A DNA stretch of 64,000 bases. Origin: an uncultured bacterium. Lineage in GTDB: Bacteria > Krumholzibacteriota > Krumholzibacteriia > WVZY01 > JAKEHA01. Shown piece by piece: positions 51,219-61,877 of the stretch (positions are counted from its first letter, which is position 1; every line of letters begins with the position of its first letter). The position numbers and the translations under genes are program-made. Where the stretch lies: contig CAZLLI010000002.1 in the NCBI GenBank assembly GCA_964560355.1, forward strand, positions 3,622-67,621. The letters are read 5' to 3'. Below the pieces are notes generated by a model. The model worked only from the letters and a program-made list of their open reading frames with translations. It did not search any database and was not told the DNA's origin.

Positions 51219-52630
51219 TCGGTCGACGGCAGCAGCTTTCCCGGATTCAAGATTCCCATCGGGTCGAACGCGCGCTTGATCGCGCGCATGAGTTCGATTT
51301 CTTCGGCCGAGTATGCGATCGGCATGTAGTCCTTCTGCACGTAACCGATGCCGTGCTCGCCGGAGATGAGTCCGCCCAGCTTCACGGTGAGCTCGAAGAT
51401 CTCGCGGATGGCGGGGTCGAGCGCGTGCGCCCACCGTTCCTCCGGCATGTCCATCTTGAGAATGTTGACGTGGAGGTTGCCGTCGCCGGCGTGTCCGTAG
51501 CACACGGTGCGCAGGCCGTGGCGCGCCGCGATCTCCTTCACACCCGCCACCAGCGCGACCAGCTGGTTGCGCGGCACCACCGTGTCTTCTTCCTTGTAGA
51601 CCGACTCCGACTTGACTGCGGCGCCGAACGCGCGCCTCATCGACCATAGCTCGCCCATCTTGGCCTCGGTATCGGCGACCAACACATCGGTGGCGCCGTG
51701 CGCGAGCAGGATCTCCGCGGCGCGCTCGGCGTCGCGCAGAATGACGGACTCGTCGTTGCCGTCGAGCTCGATCAAGAGGTGCGCCGCCGCCCGCGCGTTG
51801 GGGAACGATCTTCCCAAGTGGCGCTCGGTGATCTCGACGGCGTCGCGCTCCATGAACTCGAGCACCGACGGCACCACGCCCGCGTGCATGATGGCGGGTA
51901 CGGCGCGCGCGGGTGCTTCGAGCGAATCGAACGGTGCCAAGAGCATGGTGCGGTGGCGCGGGAGCGGCAGCAGTCGAAAATAGATCTTGGTGATGATCGC
52001 GAGCGTCCCTTCGGACCCCACGATGAGCTGGGTCAGATTGTAGCCGGTGACGTTCTTCAAGAGTTTGCCGCCGTGATGCACGACGGTGCCGTCGGGCAGG
52101 ACGGCTTCGACGCCGGTGACGAAGTCCTTGGTGACGCCGTACTTCACGGCGCGCGGACCGCCCGAGCACTCGGCGAGGTTGCCGCCCAAGAAGCAACTCC
52201 CGCGGCTCGCGGGGTCGACGGGGTAGAACAAGCCCACGGCTTCGACCGCTTCCTGAAACACCTGCGTGATGACGCCGGGCTCGACCACGGCCATCAGGTT
52301 CTCGCGGTCGATCTCGAGAATGCGATTGAGATTCTTGGTGGAGAGGACGATGCCGCCGTGCACCGGGAGCGCGCCGCCCGAGAGTCCGGTGCCGGCGCCG
52401 CGCGGCGTGACCGGCACGCGGTGCTCGGTGGCGAGACGCATCACGCGCGACACACCGTCGGTCGTACGCGGGACCGCCACCACCTCGGGGCGGAACACGA
52501 GGTCTTCGGTTTCGTCGGAGGCGTGCACCACCAGCGCGTCGTCGTCGACGTGCACGCAGTCCGCGCCGACGGCGTCGCGCAGTCGCGCGATCAACTCCGG
52601 AGTGACGCGATTGAACGCCGCGCTCGCCAT
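51215..52630 (-). CDS. FAD-binding oxidoreductase, GlcD / D-lactate dehydrogenase family
   Basis: FAD_binding_4 motifs (PRGAGTGLSGGALP). 471 aa, with a C-terminal FAD-oxidase domain. Confidence 0.85.
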   Translation of the reverse strand: MASAAFNRVTPELIARLRDAVGADCVHVDDDALVVHASDETEDLVFRPEVVAVPRTTDGVSRVMRLATEHRVPVTPRGAGTGLSGGALPVHGGIVLSTKNLNRILEIDRENLMAVVEPGVITQVFQEAVEAVGLFYPVDPASRGSCFLGGNLAECSGGPRAVKYGVTKDFVTGVEAVLPDGTVVHHGGKLLKNVTGYNLTQLIVGSEGTLAIITKIYFRLLPLPRHRTMLLAPFDSLEAPARAVPAIMHAGVVPSVLEFMERDAVEITERHLGRSFPNARAAAHLLIELDGNDESVILRDAERAAEILLAHGATDVLVADTEAKMGELWSMRRAFGAAVKSESVYKEEDTVVPRNQLVALVAGVKEIAARHGLRTVCYGHAGDGNLHVNILKMDMPEERWAHALDPAIREIFELTVKLGGLISGEHGIGYVQKDYMPIAYSAEEIELMRAIKRAFDPMGILNPGKLLPSTD

Positions 52631-52707
52631 GCGGGAATACTAAGGGCGCGCCCGCCGGACCGGCAAGCGCGCCCTTTCGGAACGACGACGCGTCGGAACG
52701 CCGACGC

Positions 52708-53955
52708 CTATCGATACAAGATGCGGATGACTTCGTTGTGGGTGTCGGAAATCCACAGATTGCCGCCGGAGTCGAGCGCGACCCCGCGCGGCGCGGCCAG
52801 GTGCACGTCGCGCGCCGCGGCGCCTTGCTCGCCCTCGAGCGCGCACGCCGTGATGGCGGTGGCGTCGAACGGGCGCGCTTTTCCGACGACGGTGCTGATG
52901 GTGCCGTCGAGCGCGACCTTGCGAATCACGTGGTTGCCGCTGTCGGCGATGAACAAATTGCCGTCGACGTCGGTGGCGACGTCGCGCGGCTGGTTCAGCT
53001 GGGCCTCTCCGCCGGGGCCGTCGTCGCCGGAGAATCCCGCGCCGAGGACGGGATTGCCCGCCACCGTGGTAATGATGCCGCCCGGGTACGATACCTTGCG
53101 CACCGCGTTGTTGAGCGTGTCGGCGATGTAGAGATTGCCGTCTGCGTCGAAGCAAATCTTGCCGCTCGGGTCCGCCGTCTGCGTGCGCTCGAGGTTGATC
53201 ATGGCGGCGGTGGCCGGTCCGTTGTCGCCGGAGAAGCCCGCCTGATAATTCCAACCGCCCGTCCCGTTCGACACCGGTGCGGTGCCCGCGACGATGACGA
53301 CGTTGCCCGAGCCGTCGACTTTGCGCACCAGCATGTTGGCCTGGTCGGCGATGTAGAGCTCGCCGGTGACGGGATGAAACACGGTGGCGACGGGGAGATC
53401 GAGCACGGTCGAGAGCCGCGGCAGTCCGTCGCCGTTGAAGTTGCGCGCACCGGTGCCGGCGTAACGCGCCACCCACCCGGTCGCCAGGTCCATTTCCATC
53501 ACGATCGAGTTGTGCCACGCGCTCAAGTAGAGCTTGGTGCCGTCGGGGCTGAAGCACACGTGCGTAGGATGATTGAGATCGGCTTCGAGCGCGGGGCCGT
53601 CGGACGGGTTGCCGAAGTAGCGCCCGATCATCTTCACGAATTTGCCGGTGCCGTCGAGCTGCAACACGCGATGGTTGTTCCAATCGAGCACGATGGGATT
53701 GCCGTCGGGGTCGAAGCACACGTCGGTGGGCCAGTACAACTTGGTGTCGCCGGGCAGCTGTCCCATCTGGCCCGCGCCGGGCTTGCCGGTGCCGCCCCAC
53801 GCGTAGACGCGACCGCGCTCGGGGCTGTCGATCGAGAATCCGCCCGGATTCGATTCGTCGCACACCGCGGGAGCGGTGGCGTCGTCGGAGCAGCCCACGA
53901 ATACGCCGCCCAGCACGAGCAGAGCAAGGAAGGTGAGTCGAATGGCTCGGTACAT
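52708..53955 (-). CDS. NHL-repeat beta-propeller lipoprotein (paralog 1)
   Basis: Lipobox VFVGC. Repeated NHL-like blades (LNHPTHVCFSPDG, GNLYIAD, GNLFIADSGNHVIRKV). Confidence 0.8.
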   Translation of the reverse strand: MYRAIRLTFLALLVLGGVFVGCSDDATAPAVCDESNPGGFSIDSPERGRVYAWGGTGKPGAGQMGQLPGDTKLYWPTDVCFDPDGNPIVLDWNNHRVLQLDGTGKFVKMIGRYFGNPSDGPALEADLNHPTHVCFSPDGTKLYLSAWHNSIVMEMDLATGWVARYAGTGARNFNGDGLPRLSTVLDLPVATVFHPVTGELYIADQANMLVRKVDGSGNVVIVAGTAPVSNGTGGWNYQAGFSGDNGPATAAMINLERTQTADPSGKICFDADGNLYIADTLNNAVRKVSYPGGIITTVAGNPVLGAGFSGDDGPGGEAQLNQPRDVATDVDGNLFIADSGNHVIRKVALDGTISTVVGKARPFDATAITACALEGEQGAAARDVHLAAPRGVALDSGGNLWISDTHNEVIRILYR

Positions 53956-53966
53956 GGGTGCGTCTC

Positions 53967-55211
53967 CTACTGCATCTTCACGCGACGAATGCGGTGATTG
54001 AAGGTGTCGGCGATGTACAAGTCACCCGCGGCGTCGAAGCCGATGCCGCGCGGGGTCGCGAGCTGGGCCGACGTGGCCGGACCGCCGTCGCCGCCGAAGC
54101 CCATGGTTCCGTCGCCCGCCACCGTGACGATCGTGTTGGCGCCGAAGTCGACCGCGCGCACGACGTTGTTGCCGGAGTCGGCGATGTACAGGCGACCGTC
54201 GGGTCCTAGCTCGAGATCGGCGGGCAAATTTAGAGACGCGTCGAGCGGATCGCCGTCGTCGCCCGCGTACGCGGCGGCGCCATTGCCGGCCACCGTCGTA
54301 ATCACATTGGCGACGAAGTCGACCTTTCTAACCCGGTGATTCCCCATGTCGGAGAAATAGAGAATACCTTGCGAGTCCACAACGATGCCGCCACCCGGGT
54401 CGGGACCGGCGCCGGTCGGCTGCTTCATCTTGGCCAGCTTGGGGTCGCCGTTGTCGCCTTCGAAGCCGCCGGGATCGAGCGGAGTCGGCGTCGGACACAC
54501 GATGGTGCCGACCACTGTCGAGATATTGCCGGTCGGATCGATCTTACGCACGACCTGGTTGCGCTGATCGACGATGTAAAGCGACCCATCCGGGCCCTCG
54601 GCGAAACGAACCGGCTGGTTCAGCTTCGCGGACAGCGCACTGCCGCCGTCGCCGGTGCAATTCGGATCGCGGCCGGTCGTGATGAATATGTCTCGCGTCG
54701 CCGGATCCCACTCGCGGATCTTGTGGCTGTGCCAGCACATGACCGCCAGCTTTCCGTTGCTCTTCTCGATCACGTCGGTGGGATGATTCAGGAAACACTG
54801 CGTGCCCGGCCCCCCGGGAGAAGTTTGATCGGATTTGTCGAGAAGGCCGTCACCGATTCCGTCGGCGCCGACCACTGTCTCCAAGCGGCCCTTGTCGGTG
54901 ATGCGACGAATGCGGTGGTTGTTGAAGTCGACGATGTAGGTGCCGATGTTGGCGGTGAACTCGATGTCGATGGGCCAGTAGAACGACGATTGCAGGAGCG
55001 CGTTGCAGTCGCCGTCGTAGGCGGCGTCGCCGTTGCCGGCCCAGGTACGAATCGTCCCCACCGGTCCGGTTTCGACCGGGAGCGGGACCGCGTCGCGTTC
55101 CGAACACGCGACGTTGGGATTCGGCGCGACGGATTCGTCGTTCGAACACGCGATGGAGAGGGAGAAGGCTGCGACGAGGAAAAAGAGGACCGCGCCACGA
55201 ATCGTGTACAT
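53967..55211 (-). CDS. NHL-repeat beta-propeller lipoprotein (paralog 2)
   Basis: Start ATG 55211 (MYTIRGAV..) with lipobox SIAC. Same blade motifs as paralog 1 (NHRIRRI, GNHRVRKV, NNVVRAV, FNHRIRRV). Confidence 0.8.
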   Translation of the reverse strand: MYTIRGAVLFFLVAAFSLSIACSNDESVAPNPNVACSERDAVPLPVETGPVGTIRTWAGNGDAAYDGDCNALLQSSFYWPIDIEFTANIGTYIVDFNNHRIRRITDKGRLETVVGADGIGDGLLDKSDQTSPGGPGTQCFLNHPTDVIEKSNGKLAVMCWHSHKIREWDPATRDIFITTGRDPNCTGDGGSALSAKLNQPVRFAEGPDGSLYIVDQRNQVVRKIDPTGNISTVVGTIVCPTPTPLDPGGFEGDNGDPKLAKMKQPTGAGPDPGGGIVVDSQGILYFSDMGNHRVRKVDFVANVITTVAGNGAAAYAGDDGDPLDASLNLPADLELGPDGRLYIADSGNNVVRAVDFGANTIVTVAGDGTMGFGGDGGPATSAQLATPRGIGFDAAGDLYIADTFNHRIRRVKMQ

Positions 55212-55330
55212 CGATGGCTCCTGGGAAGAAGGCTCCGCTACGCCCACGGCGGCGAACGGGACGACGAGAACCTTGCCCTAGATTTTATCAGAGGCCGCGA
55301 ACGAGCGTCAATTGCGGCCTAGGCGCCTGA

Positions 55331-55732
55331 CTACGGATTCACGGTGATGGTGCCCTTCATTCCCATCGAAAAATGCGGCCGGCAAAAATACGGATACGAG
55401 CCGGGCGTGTTGAACGTGAACGTGAACGAGCCGGACGACTTCGGACCCTCGTCGAACAACCGTGTTTCCGGTAAGTTCGGATCCGTCCCGTGCGTTACCG
55501 AATGTGTCCCGCCGTTCCACACCCACGTCACGCTTTCACCCACATTGATGGTCGCGTTGGCGGGAGAAAAACTCGTGCCAGAGATGCTGATGGTTCCGTT
55601 GAAGGGTCCGCCGCCGCCGTCGCCGGGGCCGGAGCTGTCGTCGCCGCACGACGCGACGGCGAAGGCCAGCGAAGCGATGAGCAATGCGGGTGTGAGGAAA
55701 CGAGGGGTGCGGGACCGAAGCGGGTGGATCAT
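55331..55732 (-). CDS. Cupredoxin (plastocyanin/pseudoazurin-like blue copper protein), lipoprotein
   Basis: Type-1 Cu ligands arranged as H..C.PH....M (SVTHG..YPYFCRPHFSMGM). Lipobox AVASC. 133 aa from the in-frame ATG at 55732. Confidence 0.8.
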   Translation of the reverse strand: MIHPLRSRTPRFLTPALLIASLAFAVASCGDDSSGPGDGGGGPFNGTISISGTSFSPANATINVGESVTWVWNGGTHSVTHGTDPNLPETRLFDEGPKSSGSFTFTFNTPGSYPYFCRPHFSMGMKGTITVNP

Positions 55733-55957
55733 GGTGGTACCTCGATCGTGTGAGCTGTGATTAGCGGGGCGGTTGCTTGGAAATATATCCCGGACGGTCG
55801 ATTGCTGCAACGGCCGTCCTCGAAAGGACTGGCCCCGGCCTCGCAAGAGCCTGTATACTGCGCGCTCGTGCACGCCCGCGCTCCGCGGGCGCCGTTCTTG
55901 ATCCCCAGCCGGCCGCCTTGGGATCGGTCCCACTTGGACATGCAAGGGAGGCAGTGA

Positions 55958-56893
<936 letters not shown>

Positions 56894-56930
56894 TCGCGGG
56901 CGCCGAACCACCCCTGGTAAGGAGCCGCAG

Positions 56931-57698
56931 ATGAAACGCTCGATGCTGGTCGCCCTGGTCTCGTCGTTGCTCGTGGCGTGCGGTGCCAGCCGCGCCGTCA
57001 CCACCGGGTACGACTGGCAGGAGTTCTCGCGAACGATGGGGAGGTTCTACCTCACGGCCGAGCTCGGCACGCCCGGTTCGGCCAACTATCAGTTCTTCTA
57101 TGCGGACAGGTCGGGGCACGTGCACGTGTACGGGATGCAAGACGGCGTGCTCGAGCGCAAGTGGGAGGTCACCACGCTGGGGTCGCGCGCGACGTGCATG
57201 GAGGTCGCCGATTTGTACGGCGACGGCAAGCAGAAGCTCGTCATCGGCAGCGTCCAGGGGCGCCTTCTGATCTACGACGTCGCTACGTTTCAGCTCGAGT
57301 GGGAGAATTTGCAGGTTCGCTTCAACCGCGTCGAGCACGGCACCGTCGCCAACCTCGACAACGACCCTCAGCTCGAAGTGATCCTTCTCGCCGACGACAA
57401 CATGTTCGTATTCGACAGCTACAACCGCACCATCCAGTGGAACAGCACCACCAAGGTGCTGGGGAAGTACGTGGCGGTGGGCAACGTCGACGACGACCCC
57501 CAGCCCGAGATCGTGATCAACAACGGGCAGATCTTCGACGGACGCTTTTTCAATATTCAGTTCCAGACCGACCAGCCGTTCGGGGACAAGATCGCGCTCG
57601 TCGACATGACGGGCGACGGCTACGCCGACGTGATCGGCGAGTTTCCGGATCGCACCATTCGTCTCTACGATGTCTGGAACGGGCGCGAGATCTGGTAG
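56931..57698 (+). CDS. Lipoprotein with FG-GAP/VCBS-like repeats, hypothetical
   Basis: Lipobox LVAC. Repeated DxDGDG-like segments (DLYGDGKQ, DMTGDGYADV). Confidence 0.6.
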   Translation: MKRSMLVALVSSLLVACGASRAVTTGYDWQEFSRTMGRFYLTAELGTPGSANYQFFYADRSGHVHVYGMQDGVLERKWEVTTLGSRATCMEVADLYGDGKQKLVIGSVQGRLLIYDVATFQLEWENLQVRFNRVEHGTVANLDNDPQLEVILLADDNMFVFDSYNRTIQWNSTTKVLGKYVAVGNVDDDPQPEIVINNGQIFDGRFFNIQFQTDQPFGDKIALVDMTGDGYADVIGEFPDRTIRLYDVWNGREIW

Positions 57699-57700
57699 GG

Positions 57701-58465
57701 CTACTTACCCTTCTCGAAGTCGATCGTCACCAGCGTCCACAGCGTCGCCGGTTTGCCCGCGACCGTGCCGGGTGTGAACTTGATGCGGCGCGCGGTGTCG
57801 AGCGCCGCGCGCACGCAGTCGGCGGGGAGGCCCGTCGACGCGGGCTCGACTTGTTCGACGCGCCCGCGCTCGTCGACGCGGATGCGGACGTCGATGCGCA
57901 GCCCGACGCAGTGCGAGAGCTTGCGCGTGTCGGGCCACGTGATCTCGATCGGGCGTGGCGGAACGGTGCCGCCGCCCGGACCGCCGCCGCCGTCGCCGGT
58001 GCGCACCCCGACCCCGCCCGGTTCGCCCCCCGCGCCGCTCCCGTATCCCTCGCCGCTCCCTTCGCCACCGACCCCGCTTCCGCTCCCGGTGCCAGGCTCC
58101 GTCCCGACTCCGCCGCCGCCTTGGGCCGATTCAGCGCGCGACGTGTCGACGCTCGTGGGTTGGGAGGCCGGCGGCGTCGGTGTGGTCGCGACCGGGGTGG
58201 CGTGCGTCTCGACGGCGATCTCTTCGGCGGGAATGGTGGCGCCCGCGGGGACGGGGGCGTCGACGTCGATCTGCACTTCGAGCACCGAGCCCGGACCGAA
58301 GCCGGGCGAGCCCGCGTGACCGCCTTCGAGTCCGCCCGCGCTGCCGTCGCCCGTGGCCAGGTTGGCGCCCCACCACCACGCGAGCAGCGAGAGGTGGAGC
58401 GCGACCGACGCCGTCGCCGCCAGCGCCCAACGCCTGCGCGACGCGGTGCGTTCGCTGAGCGTCAT
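57701..58465 (-). CDS. TonB family energy transducer (TM anchor, Gly/Pro-rich linker, TonB C-terminal domain)
   Basis: N-terminal TM helix followed by a roughly 90-aa Gly/Pro-rich low-complexity linker. The C-terminal domain has a TonB_C-like fold (ITWPDTRK..RIDVRIRVDERGRV). Confidence 0.7.
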   Translation of the reverse strand: MTLSERTASRRRWALAATASVALHLSLLAWWWGANLATGDGSAGGLEGGHAGSPGFGPGSVLEVQIDVDAPVPAGATIPAEEIAVETHATPVATTPTPPASQPTSVDTSRAESAQGGGGVGTEPGTGSGSGVGGEGSGEGYGSGAGGEPGGVGVRTGDGGGGPGGGTVPPRPIEITWPDTRKLSHCVGLRIDVRIRVDERGRVEQVEPASTGLPADCVRAALDTARRIKFTPGTVAGKPATLWTLVTIDFEKGK

Positions 58466-58542
58466 GGCGCGACGCTCCGTCGCGGGCGCGTGGCGGGTGC
58501 CGCGGGCGTATGATATGGTGGACGCGAACCAGGAGTAGACGC

Positions 58543-59145
58543 ATGCACCGCCGTTTGACGCTTCCCAACGTGGTGACCGCGACGCGCATCGTGATGGCGC
58601 TGGTCGCGGCGTGGCTGGCGGCGCGCGCGCACGGCGCGCCCCTCGCGGTGGGCATCCTCATCGCGGCGGCACTGCTCGACGCGTTCGACGGATGGTACGC
58701 GCGCGCGTTCGGGCAAGTGTCGCGCGTCGGCGAGCACATGGATCCGCTCGCCGACAAGATCCTCATGGGCGTGGTGTTCGCGTGGATCGGCGACGACACG
58801 GCGTCGGCGATGGTGTGGTGGCTGGTGGCGGCGGTGGGTGCGCGCGAGGTCGCGATGACGGTGTTTCGGTCGTACAGCTTGCGTCGGCACGGCCGCTACA
58901 TCCCGGCCAGCCCGCTCGGTCGCACGAAGATGTTGGTGCAAAGCGTGCTGGGGCTGGGGATCCTCGGGGTGACGCACTGGGCCGGCGTCGCGGTTCCCGT
59001 GGCGGTCGTCGAAGTCGCGCTCTCGGTCATCATGATCCTCTCGTACGCGTCGGCCGCGGCCTACGTGATCGATTGGAGGCGCGCCGCGCCGTACCGGCGG
59101 GAATCCAACGAGGCCGAGGCTCCCCGTGTCGCGGCCAATTCCTGA
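58543..59145 (+). CDS. CDP-alcohol phosphatidyltransferase family protein (PgsA-like)
   Basis: Catalytic motif DAFDGWYAR..G...DPLADK, which is the D-G-x2-A-R...G-x3-D-x3-D signature. Start chosen as the ATG giving MHRRLTLPNVVT. Confidence 0.75.
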   Translation: MHRRLTLPNVVTATRIVMALVAAWLAARAHGAPLAVGILIAAALLDAFDGWYARAFGQVSRVGEHMDPLADKILMGVVFAWIGDDTASAMVWWLVAAVGAREVAMTVFRSYSLRRHGRYIPASPLGRTKMLVQSVLGLGILGVTHWAGVAVPVAVVEVALSVIMILSYASAAAYVIDWRRAAPYRRESNEAEAPRVAANS

Positions 59146-59263
59146 CCGGTGCGTCGGCCCCAAAGCAAAGGGGCCTGCCGCCGACCAGGAGCAGACCCAC
59201 TTTGCGCTACACAACACCATGGTTAGGCTGGTAGCACGTTCAAAGTAGGCGAGGTCGCCGCCA

Positions 59264-59722
59264 TTGTCAAGGCGACGCCCGGACGCTATCTTCTCCGCGG
59301 TGCGTTTACTCTCCTTGATCCAAAGCAATTGTGGACACGCGATCGTGTTCGTCGTGTGCACCGCGGTGGTGGCGGCACCGTGGCCGCGCGCGTCGCGCGC
59401 ACACGCGCCGGTCGCGTCGGCGGTGTCGGCCGCGCCGTCGGCACCCTCCGATTCGTCGCGCGCGCGTGACCAGCTTGCACCCTCGTCGAACCCGCACTTC
59501 TTGCGCGACGCCGTCGCCGGCGCGGGCTTCGCGGCGGCGCCCGAAGACACCACCGACGACGAGTTCTTGCCCGAAGAGCACGACACCAAGAAGCTCATCT
59601 GGGACATCACCGCGTGGGTGATCGGTGCCGCGCTGGTCGCGTTCTTCATCATCAAGGTGTTCATCGAGAAGGACCCCGACGAGTCGGACGGCGGCGGCAG
59701 CACCAAACCCGACCCCTTCTGA
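59264..59722 (+). CDS. Hypothetical protein with single TM and acidic C-terminal tail
   Basis: Strong GC3 bias across 150 codons fills an otherwise empty gap. No family assigned and the start is uncertain. Confidence 0.4.
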   Translation: MSRRRPDAIFSAVRLLSLIQSNCGHAIVFVVCTAVVAAPWPRASRAHAPVASAVSAAPSAPSDSSRARDQLAPSSNPHFLRDAVAGAGFAAAPEDTTDDEFLPEEHDTKKLIWDITAWVIGAALVAFFIIKVFIEKDPDESDGGGSTKPDPF

Positions 59723-59731
59723 TCGTCTCCC

Positions 59732-61786
59732 TCATCGCTTGCGGCCGGCCACCGCGCCCGACTCCTTCCAAAACGGCGCGTGCACCAGCGCGTGCTGGCC
59801 CGAGCGCCGGTCGCTGACCTCCACCACCAATTCGTAACGCCCTTCGTCGAGCGCGTCGACGTCGATCGCGATCGACTCGCGGTCGTCGTGCGATCTCCCT
59901 TCGCGGCGGAAGGTCTGCGAGATGGCGGCGTCTTCGTCGTCGCCGAAGCCGGCCCACTCGATCGCTCTTCGTCCCCAGTCGACCCACGCCGGGTCGTCCA
60001 CCGCGGGCGCGCGGAAGATCGCGTAGCGCAGGTCGTACGACGACGCGCGCGCGCCGCCCTGCGTCGTGAGTCTGAGGTTGTAGATCTCCACGTACGCGCG
60101 CAGGCGCTCGCCCTGCACGCACGCGCGCTCGACGTTGGGGCGCATGCGCCCACCGCCGCGCTCGATGGCGGGTTCGCCCGCGCGCGGCGCTTCCGCGCGG
60201 TACAAGAGCACGTCGCTGAGCGCGAGCTCGTCGCCCACGAAGCGGCGCGCGTCGGCGTCGCGGCGGCCGACCGCGCGCGCGAGGCGGTAGGGATCTTCGA
60301 ACGCAACCGCGAAGTGATACCGGTCGCACGGCACTTGCACGCGCCGCACCACTTCGAACGCGCGCCCTCGCGCCGAACGCGTCTCCACCAGATCACCCGC
60401 GCGCACGCTGTCGGCGAAATCGCCTTCGCGCAGCCACCGCTCGTCGAAATAGCTCGCGCGCAAGTGGAAGCGGCCGACCTTGGAGAGGTTGACCACCGAG
60501 CGCAGCGCGTCGGCGTCGATCGCCATCGCGAGGTAGACCGAGCTCGCCATCGATTCGTCCTTGAACGCGTACGCGTCGACCACGCCCGGTATGGGCGCGG
60601 CATCGGGCACGAGCGTCGTCGACGCGGGCGAGTGGCGCATGAAGTGGAGCGTGATGTCGGCGTCGTAGGGGATGCGCGGGTTGCCGTTCAGGAATTCGTC
60701 GACGAACACGAGCTGGTGGAAGAGTCCGTCGGTATTGAACGACCACGTCTCCACCTTGCCGCTGTTGAACACGTCGCCCATGGTGTAGTCGATGTCCATG
60801 GGCCGTCCGAAGCGCACGAAGGCTTCGCCGCGGTCGGTCTCCCACCCGCGCTTGCCGGTGGGTTCGTTGGAATAGAGGCAGTCGGCGAGGAACAACCGGT
60901 ACGCGTGCTCGAGCGCGCGCGGGTTGACCTGGGTGGTGGGGTCGGGGTCGGCGACGAGCCACAACCCGCGCTGAAAATCCTCCTGCACGTCGGCGGTGGC
61001 GTCGCGGTAGCGCGCGTCGTCGTTGGCGCCCAGCACGAAGGTCAGATTGTGGTACACGAGGGCGGTGGCGTCGTCCATGAGCGCGACGCCGGCCGCGTAG
61101 TCGCGCGCGCACGCGTCGTAGCGCCGGGCGTCGAAGGCGAGGGTGCCGCGCATCATGCGGAACTCGGGGCGCGCGGGGAAGCGCGCGACGTAGGCGTCGC
61201 ACTCGGCGCGAATGCTGTCGTTGAGCGCGTAGCCCGCGATGAGCGCGCGCAACGCGACCTCGGCGTTGGTGCTGTCGCACGCGAGCGCGGAGCGCAATTC
61301 GCGCCGCGCGTCGGCCAGGTCGTCGCGGTACTCGTTCATGCGCTTCCAATTCTGGTAGTGATAGAGGCCCAAGAGCGTGCGCGCGTCGCAGCGCGCGGGG
61401 TCGACCGCGAGCACGTCGCGCAAGAGGCGCAGCGCGTCGGGGTAGAAGGTCTGCGCGAAATAGGTCGACGCCAGCTCCATGGTGACGTCGACGTCGTTGG
61501 GGTGCTGCGCGCGGGCGTTCTCGAGCACGTCCTGCGAGAGGAGGCGGCTCTGGATGGTGTTGCGCTCGCGGTAGAGGCGCCCCAGCCGGCACGCGGCCGC
61601 GGCGTCGACGCCGTCGTGCGCGCCCTCGGATTCGAGCTGGGCGATGGCGACGTCCTGGTTGCGGGTGGAGGGGGCGGCGGTGGGCGCGGCGGGGACGGCG
61701 TCGTCGCGTCCGGTGCTCGCGCAGGCGAGCGCGCAGGCGAGCCCGAAGAGTGCGACCAAGCGCGAGGCGTGTCGGTTCGGTGCCAT
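59732..61786 (-). CDS. GWxTD domain-containing protein with N-terminal TPR-like region, secreted/lipoprotein
   Basis: Diagnostic GWETDRGEAFVRFGRP motif. Signal peptide with LACALACAS. ATG at 61786 is in frame within track ORF 59732-61879. Confidence 0.75.
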   Translation of the reverse strand: MAPNRHASRLVALFGLACALACASTGRDDAVPAAPTAAPSTRNQDVAIAQLESEGAHDGVDAAAACRLGRLYRERNTIQSRLLSQDVLENARAQHPNDVDVTMELASTYFAQTFYPDALRLLRDVLAVDPARCDARTLLGLYHYQNWKRMNEYRDDLADARRELRSALACDSTNAEVALRALIAGYALNDSIRAECDAYVARFPARPEFRMMRGTLAFDARRYDACARDYAAGVALMDDATALVYHNLTFVLGANDDARYRDATADVQEDFQRGLWLVADPDPTTQVNPRALEHAYRLFLADCLYSNEPTGKRGWETDRGEAFVRFGRPMDIDYTMGDVFNSGKVETWSFNTDGLFHQLVFVDEFLNGNPRIPYDADITLHFMRHSPASTTLVPDAAPIPGVVDAYAFKDESMASSVYLAMAIDADALRSVVNLSKVGRFHLRASYFDERWLREGDFADSVRAGDLVETRSARGRAFEVVRRVQVPCDRYHFAVAFEDPYRLARAVGRRDADARRFVGDELALSDVLLYRAEAPRAGEPAIERGGGRMRPNVERACVQGERLRAYVEIYNLRLTTQGGARASSYDLRYAIFRAPAVDDPAWVDWGRRAIEWAGFGDDEDAAISQTFRREGRSHDDRESIAIDVDALDEGRYELVVEVSDRRSGQHALVHAPFWKESGAVAGRKR

Positions 61787-61877
61787 GGGACTCTGTCGAC
61801 GAAAGCCGCGCGGCGGGGCGAACGGCCGTCGGTAATATAGCCCGCCCCGCGCGGCGCGGGAAGGAATGTGTGCGTGC

